In this document: positions 38,919 through 47,846 of the stretch, piece after piece
How the letters are laid out: each line of letters opens with the position of its first letter
Position numbering within the stretch: the first letter of the stretch is position 1
NCBI GenBank assembly: GCA_964584025.1
Contig: CAZOYE010000011.1
Span: forward strand, 25,588-89,587
Reading direction: 5' to 3'
DNA length: 64,000 nucleotides
DNA from: an uncultured Ignavibacteria bacterium
Lineage (GTDB): Bacteria > Zixibacteria > MSB-5A5 > CAIYYT01
Made by a program: the position numbers and the translations under genes
Notes under the pieces: model-generated
What the model was told of the DNA's origin: nothing
The model's input: the letters and a program-made list of their open reading frames with translations, nothing else
The model's database searches: none

Positions 38919-40586
38919 TCAGGATCCACCAGCCAACAATTCCCGCTGACGCGATTGGGCGGTATTGCCGTAGTAGATCTTCCTCCAGGTGTCTTTGTCT
39001 TCAAGATGGCGAAATGCCGTCGCGCCTTGCGCTGCCGGTGAGGCCGCCCATTCGCGGAAGGCATGGTGTTTCCACAGACGCAGAAACTCCGTGAAGTAAA
39101 TGTCGGCGACGGTCGTATCACCGCGAACGACGAGCATGTTTTCGTCGTTATTGGTGGTCGAGGCTTTCGAGAAATTCGCGGATCCCGAAACCACGATCGG
39201 ATCGCTGCCCAGCGGATCGATCAGCATGTACTTCGTGTGAACATAGCGGGCGTGCTGGTTAAGCCCACTAAGCTGCTCACGCAGCCACGCGTCGAATCTG
39301 TTTACTTTCATGAAGTTTCCTACGGCGAACCGATTCCATGGTTTAAACCGCAATTCCTTGACGACACTCTCCTGCGCCGGACCTCCGTCACTGTCGAGCA
39401 ATGCGTAGCGAAGGCCGCTGAAACTGCCTCGCATCATGTCGGCAAACGGCGCGCTGACGCCAAAGGGGAACGTCATGCAGGTCATCGTCTGTGAAGATCC
39501 GGCCAGATCGGCGTACCACTGGAGCAGTTTCTCGCCTTTGCGCGGGCTGAAAAGGATGGTCGTTCCGGTGTTCACCAACGTTGAAGTTGGCGTTGGTGTA
39601 TTGTTGTCGACCCAGGGCCGTAAGACTTTGGCTTCAGGGTCGCCAGCGAGTTCGTTCCAGTAGTCGAGATAGATCTGAGCAACGGTGCGGTCATTCACGA
39701 CATGACCGACATCGGAATGGCCGAAGATGCCGCCGCGAGTGAAGTTCGTTGAGCCTGTCCAGACGGCCTGAGGTACGCCGTTGCGCAGAAGCACGATGAA
39801 TTTATTGTGGGCGATGTAACTCGGATTCTCCTTCCGGGGCGTGCAGAGTACCGCTATGCCGGCAGCCTGAATGGCCGCATCGTTGGGTACCGCTACTTCG
39901 TCTTTGCGCGCGTCGTAGACGATCCTGACATCGGCGCCATCCGCTTTCGCCTTCTTGAGCGCCTCGAGTACAGGAGCGTAGGTGAACTGGTAGGCAGCCA
40001 CGCGGAGGGCAAACGACGCGTTTTTCGCACGGCCGATGAATTCGCCCAATGCTTCATTGAGCCCGCGCGAGAGCCAGTTCCAGGCAGGCTCACCAACTTC
40101 ATCGGGGCGTCGGTTGTTAAAGCGGCGCGCGTATTCCTGGCTGGCAGCGGCACCGCGATTGAACCAGACCTCGTGCGTACCAAGATCTTCCTCCTCGGTG
40201 GTAATCGTCACGCTCACTTCGGCGTCCTCCTGGAGATCGTCAGGCGTGCCCTTGAGCGCGACGACACGATACCGGTATTTGCGACCCGGCTTAGCGGTCA
40301 GGTCAGACCACGTAAAAGCCTGAAGAGGATGCTCGCGGGTGGATACGAGTCCGTCCAGGCCGACGCCCGGATCAGTTAGCGCGAAGGTCTTCATCCCCCG
40401 CAGCCAGTAGAGTTCATCCGCCTCGTAATCGCGCCGCTGGATCGCGAACCCAAGTACGCCACGCGACTTTGCCTCGGTCATGTCCCAGCCGAGCATCACA
40501 ACGTGAGTCCCCGCAACGGCAAGAAGCTTGATGCCGTCGTTGTTAGCCTTTCGTCTCATGTTTTTCCACCTTTCTAAGTTTAGCAT
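38919..40586 (-). CDS. phospholipase D-family protein (two HKD motifs) with an N-terminal beta-sandwich-like domain
   Basis: The ORF 38919..40586 is flanked by copies of the 27-nt hairpin (copy 1 at 38875-38901 between this gene and the upstream dockerin gene; copy 2 at 40788-40814 downstream of dnaK). First HKD motif AHNKFIVL...GSTNF; second VHTKYMLID...GSANFS. Confidence 0.8.
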   Translation of the reverse strand: MLNLERWKNMRRKANNDGIKLLAVAGTHVVMLGWDMTEAKSRGVLGFAIQRRDYEADELYWLRGMKTFALTDPGVGLDGLVSTREHPLQAFTWSDLTAKPGRKYRYRVVALKGTPDDLQEDAEVSVTITTEEEDLGTHEVWFNRGAAASQEYARRFNNRRPDEVGEPAWNWLSRGLNEALGEFIGRAKNASFALRVAAYQFTYAPVLEALKKAKADGADVRIVYDARKDEVAVPNDAAIQAAGIAVLCTPRKENPSYIAHNKFIVLLRNGVPQAVWTGSTNFTRGGIFGHSDVGHVVNDRTVAQIYLDYWNELAGDPEAKVLRPWVDNNTPTPTSTLVNTGTTILFSPRKGEKLLQWYADLAGSSQTMTCMTFPFGVSAPFADMMRGSFSGLRYALLDSDGGPAQESVVKELRFKPWNRFAVGNFMKVNRFDAWLREQLSGLNQHARYVHTKYMLIDPLGSDPIVVSGSANFSKASTTNNDENMLVVRGDTTVADIYFTEFLRLWKHHAFREWAASPAAQGATAFRHLEDKDTWRKIYYGNTAQSRQRELLAGGS

Positions 40587-40779
40587 TCACCCGCAATTTC
40601 CTCGCGGACTGGCTTTGCGAATACATGACTTGCTTTCCGCCTGCCCCGCGAAAAGCATTGGGCATCAGACCCAGAGCGCGGCAGAATAGCCCAGTTGTGA
40701 GATTTGCAGTTTGCCGTTAATTCCTAGACAACATAGTTCTCTCCGGCAAGGATGTCAAGGGAGTCAAGGCGCGTTAATG

Positions 40780-40814
40780 AATGGAAACGCCGTCAGGACA
40801 GAGTCCTGACGGCG
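40780..40814 (-). terminator. terminator for dnaK; copy 2 of the repeated 27-nt palindromic hairpin
   Basis: CGCCGTCAGGA-CAGAG-TCCTGACGGCG (40788-40814), 26/27 identical to copy 1. On the minus strand it is followed by TTTCCATT. Confidence 0.55.
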
Positions 40815-40859
40815 CGGATTTATGTAAAGGGGTTAAAGGGGAACTGATGCAGACGACTC

Positions 40860-42770
40860 TTACTTCACAACTTCATAGTCGGCATCGACGGCTTCCCCAC
40901 CGGACTGGGCTTGCGAACTGTTCGCACCGGCGGGCTCTTGCTGTGGCTGCGCCGACTGCGAACGCTGCTGCGCCGCCTGCTGATAGAGTTGCGACGCCGC
41001 ATTCTGCATGATCGTCTGGAGCCGGTCAGTTTCTGACTTCATGGCAGAGAAGTCGGATCCCTTGGTCAGCTCTTTGACCTTCTCAATCTGGCGTTCCAGT
41101 TCGGCTTTGACAGTCGCATCGATCTTGTCGCCGCTCTCCTTCACGAATTTCTCGCATTGGAAAGCCATCTGGTCGGCGTTGTTCTTGACCTCGACATCCG
41201 CCTTGCGCCTGCGGTCGGCTTCGGCATTGGACTCGGCATCGCGCACCATCTTCTCGATCTCTTGTTTGGAGAGGCCGGAAGAGGACTCAATGCGGATATT
41301 CTGCACCTTACCGGTACCGAGATCGCGCGCTGAGACATTCAGGATGCCGTTGGCGTCGATGTCGAAAGTGACTTCGATTTGCGGAACGCCGCGCGGCGCG
41401 GCCGGGATGCCATCAAGAAAGAAACGTCCGATCGTGCGATTGTCGAGGGCCATCTCGCGTTCGCCCTGCAGCACGTGAATCTCCACCGAGGTCTGGCTGT
41501 CGCCTGCCGTCGAGAACACCTGCGATTTTTTGGTCGGAATCGTCGTGTTGCGCTCGATCAATTTAGTAAAGACACCGCCCAGGGTTTCGATACCGAGCGA
41601 AAGCGGCGTGACATCGAGGAGCAGGACGTCTTTGACGTCGCCCGCGAGCACGCCACCCTGAATGGCGGCGCCGATCGCCACGACTTCGTCGGGATTGACG
41701 CCCTTGTGCGCTTCACGACCGAAGAAGCGTTCGACTTCCTCGACCACTTTCGGCATGCGGGTCATACCCCCCACAAGGACGACCTCGCCGATATCGGACG
41801 GCGAGACCTTGGCATCGGCCATCGCCTTGCGCACCGGTTCCATACAGCGCGTGATCAGGTCCTCGACCATCCCCTCGTATTTCGCCCGCGTGAGCGTGAT
41901 ATTGAGATGGCGCGGGCCGGAAGCGTCGGCAGTGATAAACGGCAGATTGATTGTAGTTTCTTTGACCGTCGACAATTCGATCTTGGCCTTCTCAGCGGCT
42001 TCCTTCAAGCGTTGCAACGCCATCGGATCGCGCGACAGGTCAATGCTGTCGGTTTTCTTGAATTCGGCAACCAGCCAATCGATGATGCGCTTGTCGAAAT
42101 CGTCGCCACCAAGATGCGTGTCGCCGTTAGTAGAGAGCACTTCGAAGACGCCCTCGCCCAATTCGAGTATTGAGATATCAAACGTGCCGCCGCCCAGGTC
42201 GAAGACAGCGATCTTCTGCGCCTTCTTCTTGTCGAGCCCGTAGGCCAGCGCGGCTGCGGTCGGCTCGTTGATAATGCGCATGACCTCGAGACCGGCAATC
42301 TTGCCGGCGTCTTTGGTAGCCTGCCGCTGCGCATCATTGAAATAGGCCGGGACGGTGATGACCGCTTTGGTAACTTTCTGGCCGAGATAGTCCTCGGCGG
42401 CCTGCTTGAGTTTGCCCAGGATCACGGCTGAGATCTCTTGCGGCGTAAACTCCTTGCCCTCAATCTCGATCACAGCCAGGCCGTTGCCGGCGCGCTTGAC
42501 CTTGTACGGGAAGTTCTTGATCTCTTCCGTCGTTTCGTCAAAGCGCCGCCCCATGAACCGCTTAACGGAGAAGACGGTATTGAGCGGGTTCGTGATCGCC
42601 TGGCGCTTGGCAATCTGGCCGACCAGGCGCTCTGATCCTTTCATGCCGACGACGGACGGCGTGGTGCGTCCGCCTTCAGCGTTGGCGATCACGACCGGTT
42701 CCTTGCCTTCCATCACGGAGAGGCAGGAGTTGGTCGTGCCCAGGTCGATGCCGATGATTTTATCTGACAT
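40860..42770 (-). CDS. dnaK: molecular chaperone DnaK (Hsp70)
   Basis: [18 protein letters not shown] and DLGGGTFD motifs plus full Hsp70 architecture. Start set at [11 protein letters not shown], which has an AAGGAGG RBS. Confidence 0.92.
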   Translation of the reverse strand: MSDKIIGIDLGTTNSCLSVMEGKEPVVIANAEGGRTTPSVVGMKGSERLVGQIAKRQAITNPLNTVFSVKRFMGRRFDETTEEIKNFPYKVKRAGNGLAVIEIEGKEFTPQEISAVILGKLKQAAEDYLGQKVTKAVITVPAYFNDAQRQATKDAGKIAGLEVMRIINEPTAAALAYGLDKKKAQKIAVFDLGGGTFDISILELGEGVFEVLSTNGDTHLGGDDFDKRIIDWLVAEFKKTDSIDLSRDPMALQRLKEAAEKAKIELSTVKETTINLPFITADASGPRHLNITLTRAKYEGMVEDLITRCMEPVRKAMADAKVSPSDIGEVVLVGGMTRMPKVVEEVERFFGREAHKGVNPDEVVAIGAAIQGGVLAGDVKDVLLLDVTPLSLGIETLGGVFTKLIERNTTIPTKKSQVFSTAGDSQTSVEIHVLQGEREMALDNRTIGRFFLDGIPAAPRGVPQIEVTFDIDANGILNVSARDLGTGKVQNIRIESSSGLSKQEIEKMVRDAESNAEADRRRKADVEVKNNADQMAFQCEKFVKESGDKIDATVKAELERQIEKVKELTKGSDFSAMKSETDRLQTIMQNAASQLYQQAAQQRSQSAQPQQEPAGANSSQAQSGGEAVDADYEVVK

Positions 42771-42886
42771 ATCTGTTGTTCCTCCTTCAGCGGGCGATCT
42801 CGAATCGTCCGCCTTTGCATCAGAAAGCCCGCCCAGTGACTCCGAGCGGGCTTGACGTTTCACTCGTCGCGTTTGAGAATTCTCGC

Positions 42887-43336
42887 TTAGCCGATCTTAA
42901 TGTCGATCTGCTTCGGCTTCACCTCTTCAGCCTTCGGCAGGACGATCTCAAGCACACCGTTCTTGTAGTTGGCCTGAATCTTCTGCGCATCGACATCCTT
43001 GGAGAGACGCAGGCTGCGCGTGAAGGTGCCGTAGATCCGCTCGATATGGCGGTAGTCCTTCTCCTCGTTGCGCGACTCGTACTTGCGTTCGCCGGTCACG
43101 ACGAGAGTGTTGTCTTCGAACTGCACCTTGATATCGTTCTTGTCGACGCCCGGCACATCGAGGTGGACGACGAAGCTCTCGGGGGTTTCGTGCACATCGG
43201 CACGCGGGACCCAACCGGCTTCGCTTTCAACCATCGACCCGCCATTGAAGCCGTTGAAAATCTCGGTGAACACGCGGTCCATTTCGTTGCTCAGGAGACC
43301 GAACCGATTCCGGGGCTTGCTGACTGTGAGATACAT
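42887..43336 (-). CDS. Hsp20/alpha-crystallin family small heat shock protein
   Basis: 149 aa with the alpha-crystallin domain pattern (…[21 protein letters not shown]…GVLEIVLPK). Confidence 0.85.
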   Translation of the reverse strand: MYLTVSKPRNRFGLLSNEMDRVFTEIFNGFNGGSMVESEAGWVPRADVHETPESFVVHLDVPGVDKNDIKVQFEDNTLVVTGERKYESRNEEKDYRHIERIYGTFTRSLRLSKDVDAQKIQANYKNGVLEIVLPKAEEVKPKQIDIKIG

Positions 43337-43414
43337 GAGTGTTTCCTCCTCTGCTATCCGTTAGTTTACTTACTTTCGTTCACTTGCCGCGATCTTTGTC
43401 GCGACGCACTAACC

Positions 43415-43436
43415 TATTGCAGAGAGCGTGCCAACG
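43415..43436 (-). promoter_or_regulatory. sigma-54 (-24/-12) promoter candidate upstream of hsp20-dnaK
   Basis: Minus strand TTGGCACGCTCTCTGCAAT: TGGCACG-N4-CTGCA with GG/GC spacing 12, about 80 nt upstream of the hsp20 ATG. No CIRCE element seen. Confidence 0.5.
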
Positions 43437-43588
43437 CTTTGTGCTCTCGCGTAATTCGTTGCAATATCATCGGTTACGCAACACGCAAAAAGTTTGTGAT
43501 GATTGTCAGACAGTGCCACCATGGCAGGATTCATGCCAGAGCGGCACGATCTCTGTCAGGCTGTCAGTTAAGATGGCAGAGGTGAGTC

Positions 43589-44722
43589 TTAACTGCCAAT
43601 AGCGTAGAGACGACGTTGGGTAGTGACCACGTAAACGAATTCGTCAATCACGGCAGGAGAGGCGATGATCGTACCGCCGACGTTGACGCGGCCTTCGAGA
43701 GTGCCGTCATGGGCAAACTGATAAACGGAGCCGGCGCTGTTCGCCACAATGAAGGAATTACCGACGGCGATCGGGGAGGCTTGCACGACGCCGTCAGTTT
43801 CGTAGCGCCAGATGATGCCGCCATCTTCGGCGTTAAGGCAGTAGACCGTGCGATCGTCGGAGCCGAAGACGATCCGGTTACCCTTCAGTACCGCCGTGGT
43901 GTGGATCGAATTGACGGTTTGATGACGCCAGACTTCCGTTCCAGTCTCCGTATCCAGCGCTATGAAGCTGCCATCGCCGACGCCGGCGTAGAGGTATTTT
44001 GCGGCGAGCGGTTGAGCAAAGATCGTACTGCCGGTTTCGAAGCGCCACTTCTCGGCGCCGCTGGCGCGATCCAGGGCGATGATCACCCCGCGGTCGGTGC
44101 CGATGTAGACGGAGTTAGAGTCGATCGCCGGCGGCGCGTAGACGTGGGCGCGGAGATCTTGCTCCCACGTTATCTTTCCGGTGAATCGATTCAGAAGCGT
44201 GACCGTGCCGACTCGAGAGACGACAAAGAGATCGTCACCGTCGATGATTGGAGCCGCGGGCGGGTCGATGACTTTGAAGGTCCACAGTTTCTTCCCGTTG
44301 ACCAGGTTCATAGCTGTGAGCTGATCGGAACCTGATTCGTCGGCGAAGTAGAAGAGTTCGTCTTTCAAGGCAACGGCGGAGCCAACGGAAGAACCGGCTT
44401 CGAGTGAAGTGATCTCGTTACCACTGCGCGGGTTGAGGAAGTAGATTCGTTTATTATAAGAGGGCACGATGATGAACTGCGAGTTCCCGACTACCTGACC
44501 GCCAAGCCCACCGTTGAGTTTGCGCTCGAACTTAATGGTGTCGATTGGCGGCAGATCCATCTCGACGACGGCGTTTCCGGTGGCATTAACGCGATGCTGG
44601 GTGAAGCCGACGCCGGAGGGCGGCACCGACTTGAACGCCTTGAAATGGGGGGCGCAGGCGACGAGCGTAAGTACCAGGAGCAGTAGACTCGTCGGCCGCA
44701 TCATGGACGAAGTCGGAATCAT
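43589..44722 (-). CDS. PQQ-like beta-propeller repeat protein (BamB-like)
   Basis: Signal peptide. Repeated YAxxxxDGxxxWxxxxG propeller blades (LYAIGS, VYCLNAEDGGIIWRYET, IIALDRASGAEKWRFETG, etc.). Confidence 0.7.
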   Translation of the reverse strand: MIPTSSMMRPTSLLLLVLTLVACAPHFKAFKSVPPSGVGFTQHRVNATGNAVVEMDLPPIDTIKFERKLNGGLGGQVVGNSQFIIVPSYNKRIYFLNPRSGNEITSLEAGSSVGSAVALKDELFYFADESGSDQLTAMNLVNGKKLWTFKVIDPPAAPIIDGDDLFVVSRVGTVTLLNRFTGKITWEQDLRAHVYAPPAIDSNSVYIGTDRGVIIALDRASGAEKWRFETGSTIFAQPLAAKYLYAGVGDGSFIALDTETGTEVWRHQTVNSIHTTAVLKGNRIVFGSDDRTVYCLNAEDGGIIWRYETDGVVQASPIAVGNSFIVANSAGSVYQFAHDGTLEGRVNVGGTIIASPAVIDEFVYVVTTQRRLYAIGS

Positions 44723-45076
44723 CTACTGATTAGTCCCCTGCCCCGAATGAGTGAAATCGCGCAGCTGTCGTTTGATGTTCTCAATGCGCAATTCGTAATG
44801 CGCGGCGGCACTCCGCGAATCGCGTGAGGCAATTCGCAGCGAGTCGTTCAGCCGCAGGCCGAGATTAAGCATACCGATCAGCGAGTCGAGCGCGGCGGGC
44901 TCCAGAGCCGAAAGGTCGGTTCTGGAGAACAACTGTGCTGAACCGAGGAGTTCCACCTGCTTGTTCATGGCAATGTCCGATGCCGCCGGCGGAACCGGTT
45001 TGAAAAGCGCGGCTGCAGCGCCGATGACCGCCATCAGGATCACGAGCGCTATGACGATGATTCTACCGTTTACCAT
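44723..45076 (-). CDS. small membrane protein of unknown function
   Basis: Single transmembrane helix (IIVIALVILMAVIGAAAALF). Lies between the Omp85-like and BamB-like genes with no gaps. The start is uncertain (a 45115 alternative overlaps the upstream gene). Confidence 0.45.
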   Translation of the reverse strand: MVNGRIIVIALVILMAVIGAAAALFKPVPPAASDIAMNKQVELLGSAQLFSRTDLSALEPAALDSLIGMLNLGLRLNDSLRIASRDSRSAAAHYELRIENIKRQLRDFTHSGQGTNQ

Positions 45077-45086
45077 GGAGACAAGA

Positions 45087-47843
45087 TCAGAAGTTCCAGC
45101 CGAAGAAGAAATCAAATTTCAAGCCCGGCTCGAATGTTTCGAAGTCTGTCTTCTTGGAAAGATCGAAGCGCAGGACCGCCATGTAGCCCAGGGCTACTCT
45201 CGCGCCGACGCCTGCGGAGCCGTAGAAGCGGTCGAATTCGTCGTTCCAGCCGGAACCGACGTCGGCAAAAAGCGCTCCGCGAATAGCTTGGAAGCCCATG
45301 CGGCCAAAAGGAAAGCCGATAAACAGATTGTCGATGAGCGGAAAACGCAACTCATTGGACAACAAGACGACTTTGCGTGAGTAAAATTCACGGCGGTCGT
45401 AGCCGCGCAGCGACCAGCTGCCGCCGAGATACATCCGTTGCGGTTCTTCGCCGGCCGACCAGAACCCGAAGGCCCGCGTGGCAAATGCCGAGTATTTGCG
45501 AATCCGCAGATAATTGCGAAGGTCAACAAAGACCAGACGATTAAAGAACTGGCCGGAATAGAAATCGGTTGTCAGCCCGACGGTAGCGTTCAAACGCATC
45601 CCGTCGAGAGGACCGGAGATATCCCACAGAGAATTGTCGTGGATGAGCGACGCGTAATTGGTCGCCAGGATGGCATGGCGCTTGTCGAAGAAGAGCGGTC
45701 GTTCTTTGTAAGAGTGACGCAAGAACAACGAGGTCTCGACGCGTGTGAATTTCGACAATGGATACGATAGCAACCCCTGCACACCGCTCTGGCGTTCGTC
45801 GTAGTAGCCTTCGTAGTCGTCGTAGTGCTCATCATACAAGTGATAGGCGCCGAGACCATAGTTGATGCGGTGTGTCTTGTTGATGTAAGTAATGCCAACA
45901 TTGAATGATTCCAGGAGTTCGTTTTTGGAATCGGCTGTATTCGACAACAGGATGTAGTAAAGCTTATCGCCGAGCATGTCGGAAAACACGGCCTGAAATC
46001 CGCCGATCGTTCCGTACACGGCGTCGTAGGCGATGGCCGACTGAGCGACATCGAACGAAAACTCGTTGTTGTAGTCGATAACTCCGGCCTCTTCGCTGCC
46101 ACCCAGGCGATCGGGGTTCCAAGCGGCATACTGCGCTACCGGGGTCTCAACCGGCACAGCCGACGCCGTATCGAGCGGCATGGCGTAGACACTGAAGCTG
46201 AAGTTCTGGTACCCGGAGAACATCAATCGGTCGCCGTACATCACGGGGTCGAAGACGCCGGTAACAAAGGAGGACACCTGCTTGAGGCGCTCCTGGCGAT
46301 CAAGCAGATAGATATTGGAAACGCCGTTGCGGTCGGAGGAAAACAGGATCCCTTCGGAGGTGACATAGGGAGAGCGGTCGTTGAATCGGCCATAGGAGAG
46401 GGGTGCGATAACCGAGTCACGCCACTGATAGCGAAAGAGATTGGTAAACCCTTCATGGCCGTAGCCACCGCGATCGGAGGCAAAGATGATGTCCTCGCCG
46501 TCAAACACCGGCTCTGTGTCGAGGTAGATATCATTGGTCAAGCGTGTCAGGGCCGAGTCGGTCAGGTTCAGTAGGTACAGATCGTGGAAACCGCCGTAGG
46601 TTGCCCCGGAAAATACGATGCGCTTACCGTCCGGAGACCAAGATGGAGACAGCAGTTGGTACAGCTTGGCGAACTCAAAGGTCAGCACAATGTCCTGCTC
46701 GCGGACGTCATAGATATAAAGAACATCCCGGGAATACCGCTTGGAGATGAAGGCAATGCGGCCGTCTCCCGATGCGCTGATACGCGACTGCAGGAGATGG
46801 AGCGATTCAAAGGCGGGCGAGCGCTCGCCCTTGACGAGGGTGACTTCTTCATCCAGCGTCTGCGAGCGCATGTAAATTCCGGAGTAGCCAAGCTTATTGG
46901 CCTTGTAGGCGACCCAGTCGCTGGCGCCGCGAAACTCGATATTGAGCGGAACCGGCTTGACGGCGAACTGCTTTTCGGTAATCGGCGTCGTTGTCTTGGC
47001 CGGCAGATCAGCGTCCTTGAGATCGGGGAAATAGCGTTTTTTGAGCGAGTACACCCATTCGGCGCCAACTTCCTCGAGCGATTTACCGACCGTCACTTTG
47101 AATAACTGGCGAAAGGTCTGGGCTTTCCACCAGTTTTCGAACATCATCTGCAATTTGTCTTCGCCGTAATTGTCGGCAAGGAAATGACAAAACGACTCGC
47201 CATACTTGTACATGAAGAACGAGCCGGAGAGATACTCCAGTTCGTGAATCGGCCGCAGCGTGCCCTCGATAGCCATATCGGAGAGAATCATGTCGGCTTC
47301 GGCGTCCCACTCACGCGACCAGTATTCAGCCAGTCCTTCCGTAAACCACAGGGGAGGGCCGTAGAAGCTCATTTTGCGGTGCTGGGACATGATGGCCTGG
47401 ATTTTGTCGAAGGTGAACACGTGCACGAGTTCGTGGCGGATTACGCGCTGGAATTCGGAGATCGAGCCGTTGAAGGGCACGACCATGCGGCCCTTAAAGA
47501 ACTCGGTGAAGCCGGCCACGCTTTCGGGAAGCAGCGTCGGTGTTACGTTGGTCTGGGTGAAGAAGGTCGGCGCGCTGTAAATGATCAGGGGGATCTTGCG
47601 AAAGATATGGAAATTGAACTTGTCGGCGAGATGATCGTAGCTGGCCTCGGCGGCAGCCGCAGCGATTTCCGGGAGTCCGCCGTCGTCGTCGTAGAAGAAG
47701 ATGCGGAAGTGCTCGGTCTGCAGGACCTTCCACTCGAAGGGCTGGTACTGCACCTTGTTCTTACCGAAGTAGAACTGTGCCGCGGCATCGCTGAAGCCGA
47801 TGCTGAGGGCGACAGCGATGAGAGCGAGTCGACATAGAATCAT
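45087..47843 (-). CDS. Omp85-family outer-membrane beta-barrel protein fused to a PD40 (TolB-like) beta-propeller and an N-terminal HExxH domain
   Basis: Signal peptide. HELVHVF zinc-metallopeptidase-like motif near residue 150. PD40-type repeats (SPSWSPDGKRIVFS, IIFASDRGG, ILFSSDRNGVSNIYLL). C-terminal barrel with a bacterial-surface-antigen-like segment ending …KFDFFFGWNF (aromatic beta-signal). Confidence 0.6.
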   Translation of the reverse strand: MILCRLALIAVALSIGFSDAAAQFYFGKNKVQYQPFEWKVLQTEHFRIFFYDDDGGLPEIAAAAAEASYDHLADKFNFHIFRKIPLIIYSAPTFFTQTNVTPTLLPESVAGFTEFFKGRMVVPFNGSISEFQRVIRHELVHVFTFDKIQAIMSQHRKMSFYGPPLWFTEGLAEYWSREWDAEADMILSDMAIEGTLRPIHELEYLSGSFFMYKYGESFCHFLADNYGEDKLQMMFENWWKAQTFRQLFKVTVGKSLEEVGAEWVYSLKKRYFPDLKDADLPAKTTTPITEKQFAVKPVPLNIEFRGASDWVAYKANKLGYSGIYMRSQTLDEEVTLVKGERSPAFESLHLLQSRISASGDGRIAFISKRYSRDVLYIYDVREQDIVLTFEFAKLYQLLSPSWSPDGKRIVFSGATYGGFHDLYLLNLTDSALTRLTNDIYLDTEPVFDGEDIIFASDRGGYGHEGFTNLFRYQWRDSVIAPLSYGRFNDRSPYVTSEGILFSSDRNGVSNIYLLDRQERLKQVSSFVTGVFDPVMYGDRLMFSGYQNFSFSVYAMPLDTASAVPVETPVAQYAAWNPDRLGGSEEAGVIDYNNEFSFDVAQSAIAYDAVYGTIGGFQAVFSDMLGDKLYYILLSNTADSKNELLESFNVGITYINKTHRINYGLGAYHLYDEHYDDYEGYYDERQSGVQGLLSYPLSKFTRVETSLFLRHSYKERPLFFDKRHAILATNYASLIHDNSLWDISGPLDGMRLNATVGLTTDFYSGQFFNRLVFVDLRNYLRIRKYSAFATRAFGFWSAGEEPQRMYLGGSWSLRGYDRREFYSRKVVLLSNELRFPLIDNLFIGFPFGRMGFQAIRGALFADVGSGWNDEFDRFYGSAGVGARVALGYMAVLRFDLSKKTDFETFEPGLKFDFFFGWNF

Positions 47844-47846
47844 GCG

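Noticed and set aside
41379-42173. 264-aa plus-strand ORF inside dnaK
   Set aside because: Antisense to dnaK. Artefact of GC-rich codon usage.
43337-43588. Search for CIRCE (HrcA) element or sigma-32 promoter upstream of hsp20
   Set aside because: No TTAGCACTC-N9-GAGTGCTAA-like inverted repeat and no CTTGAAA/CCCCAT boxes found. Only the sigma-54-type element was convincing.
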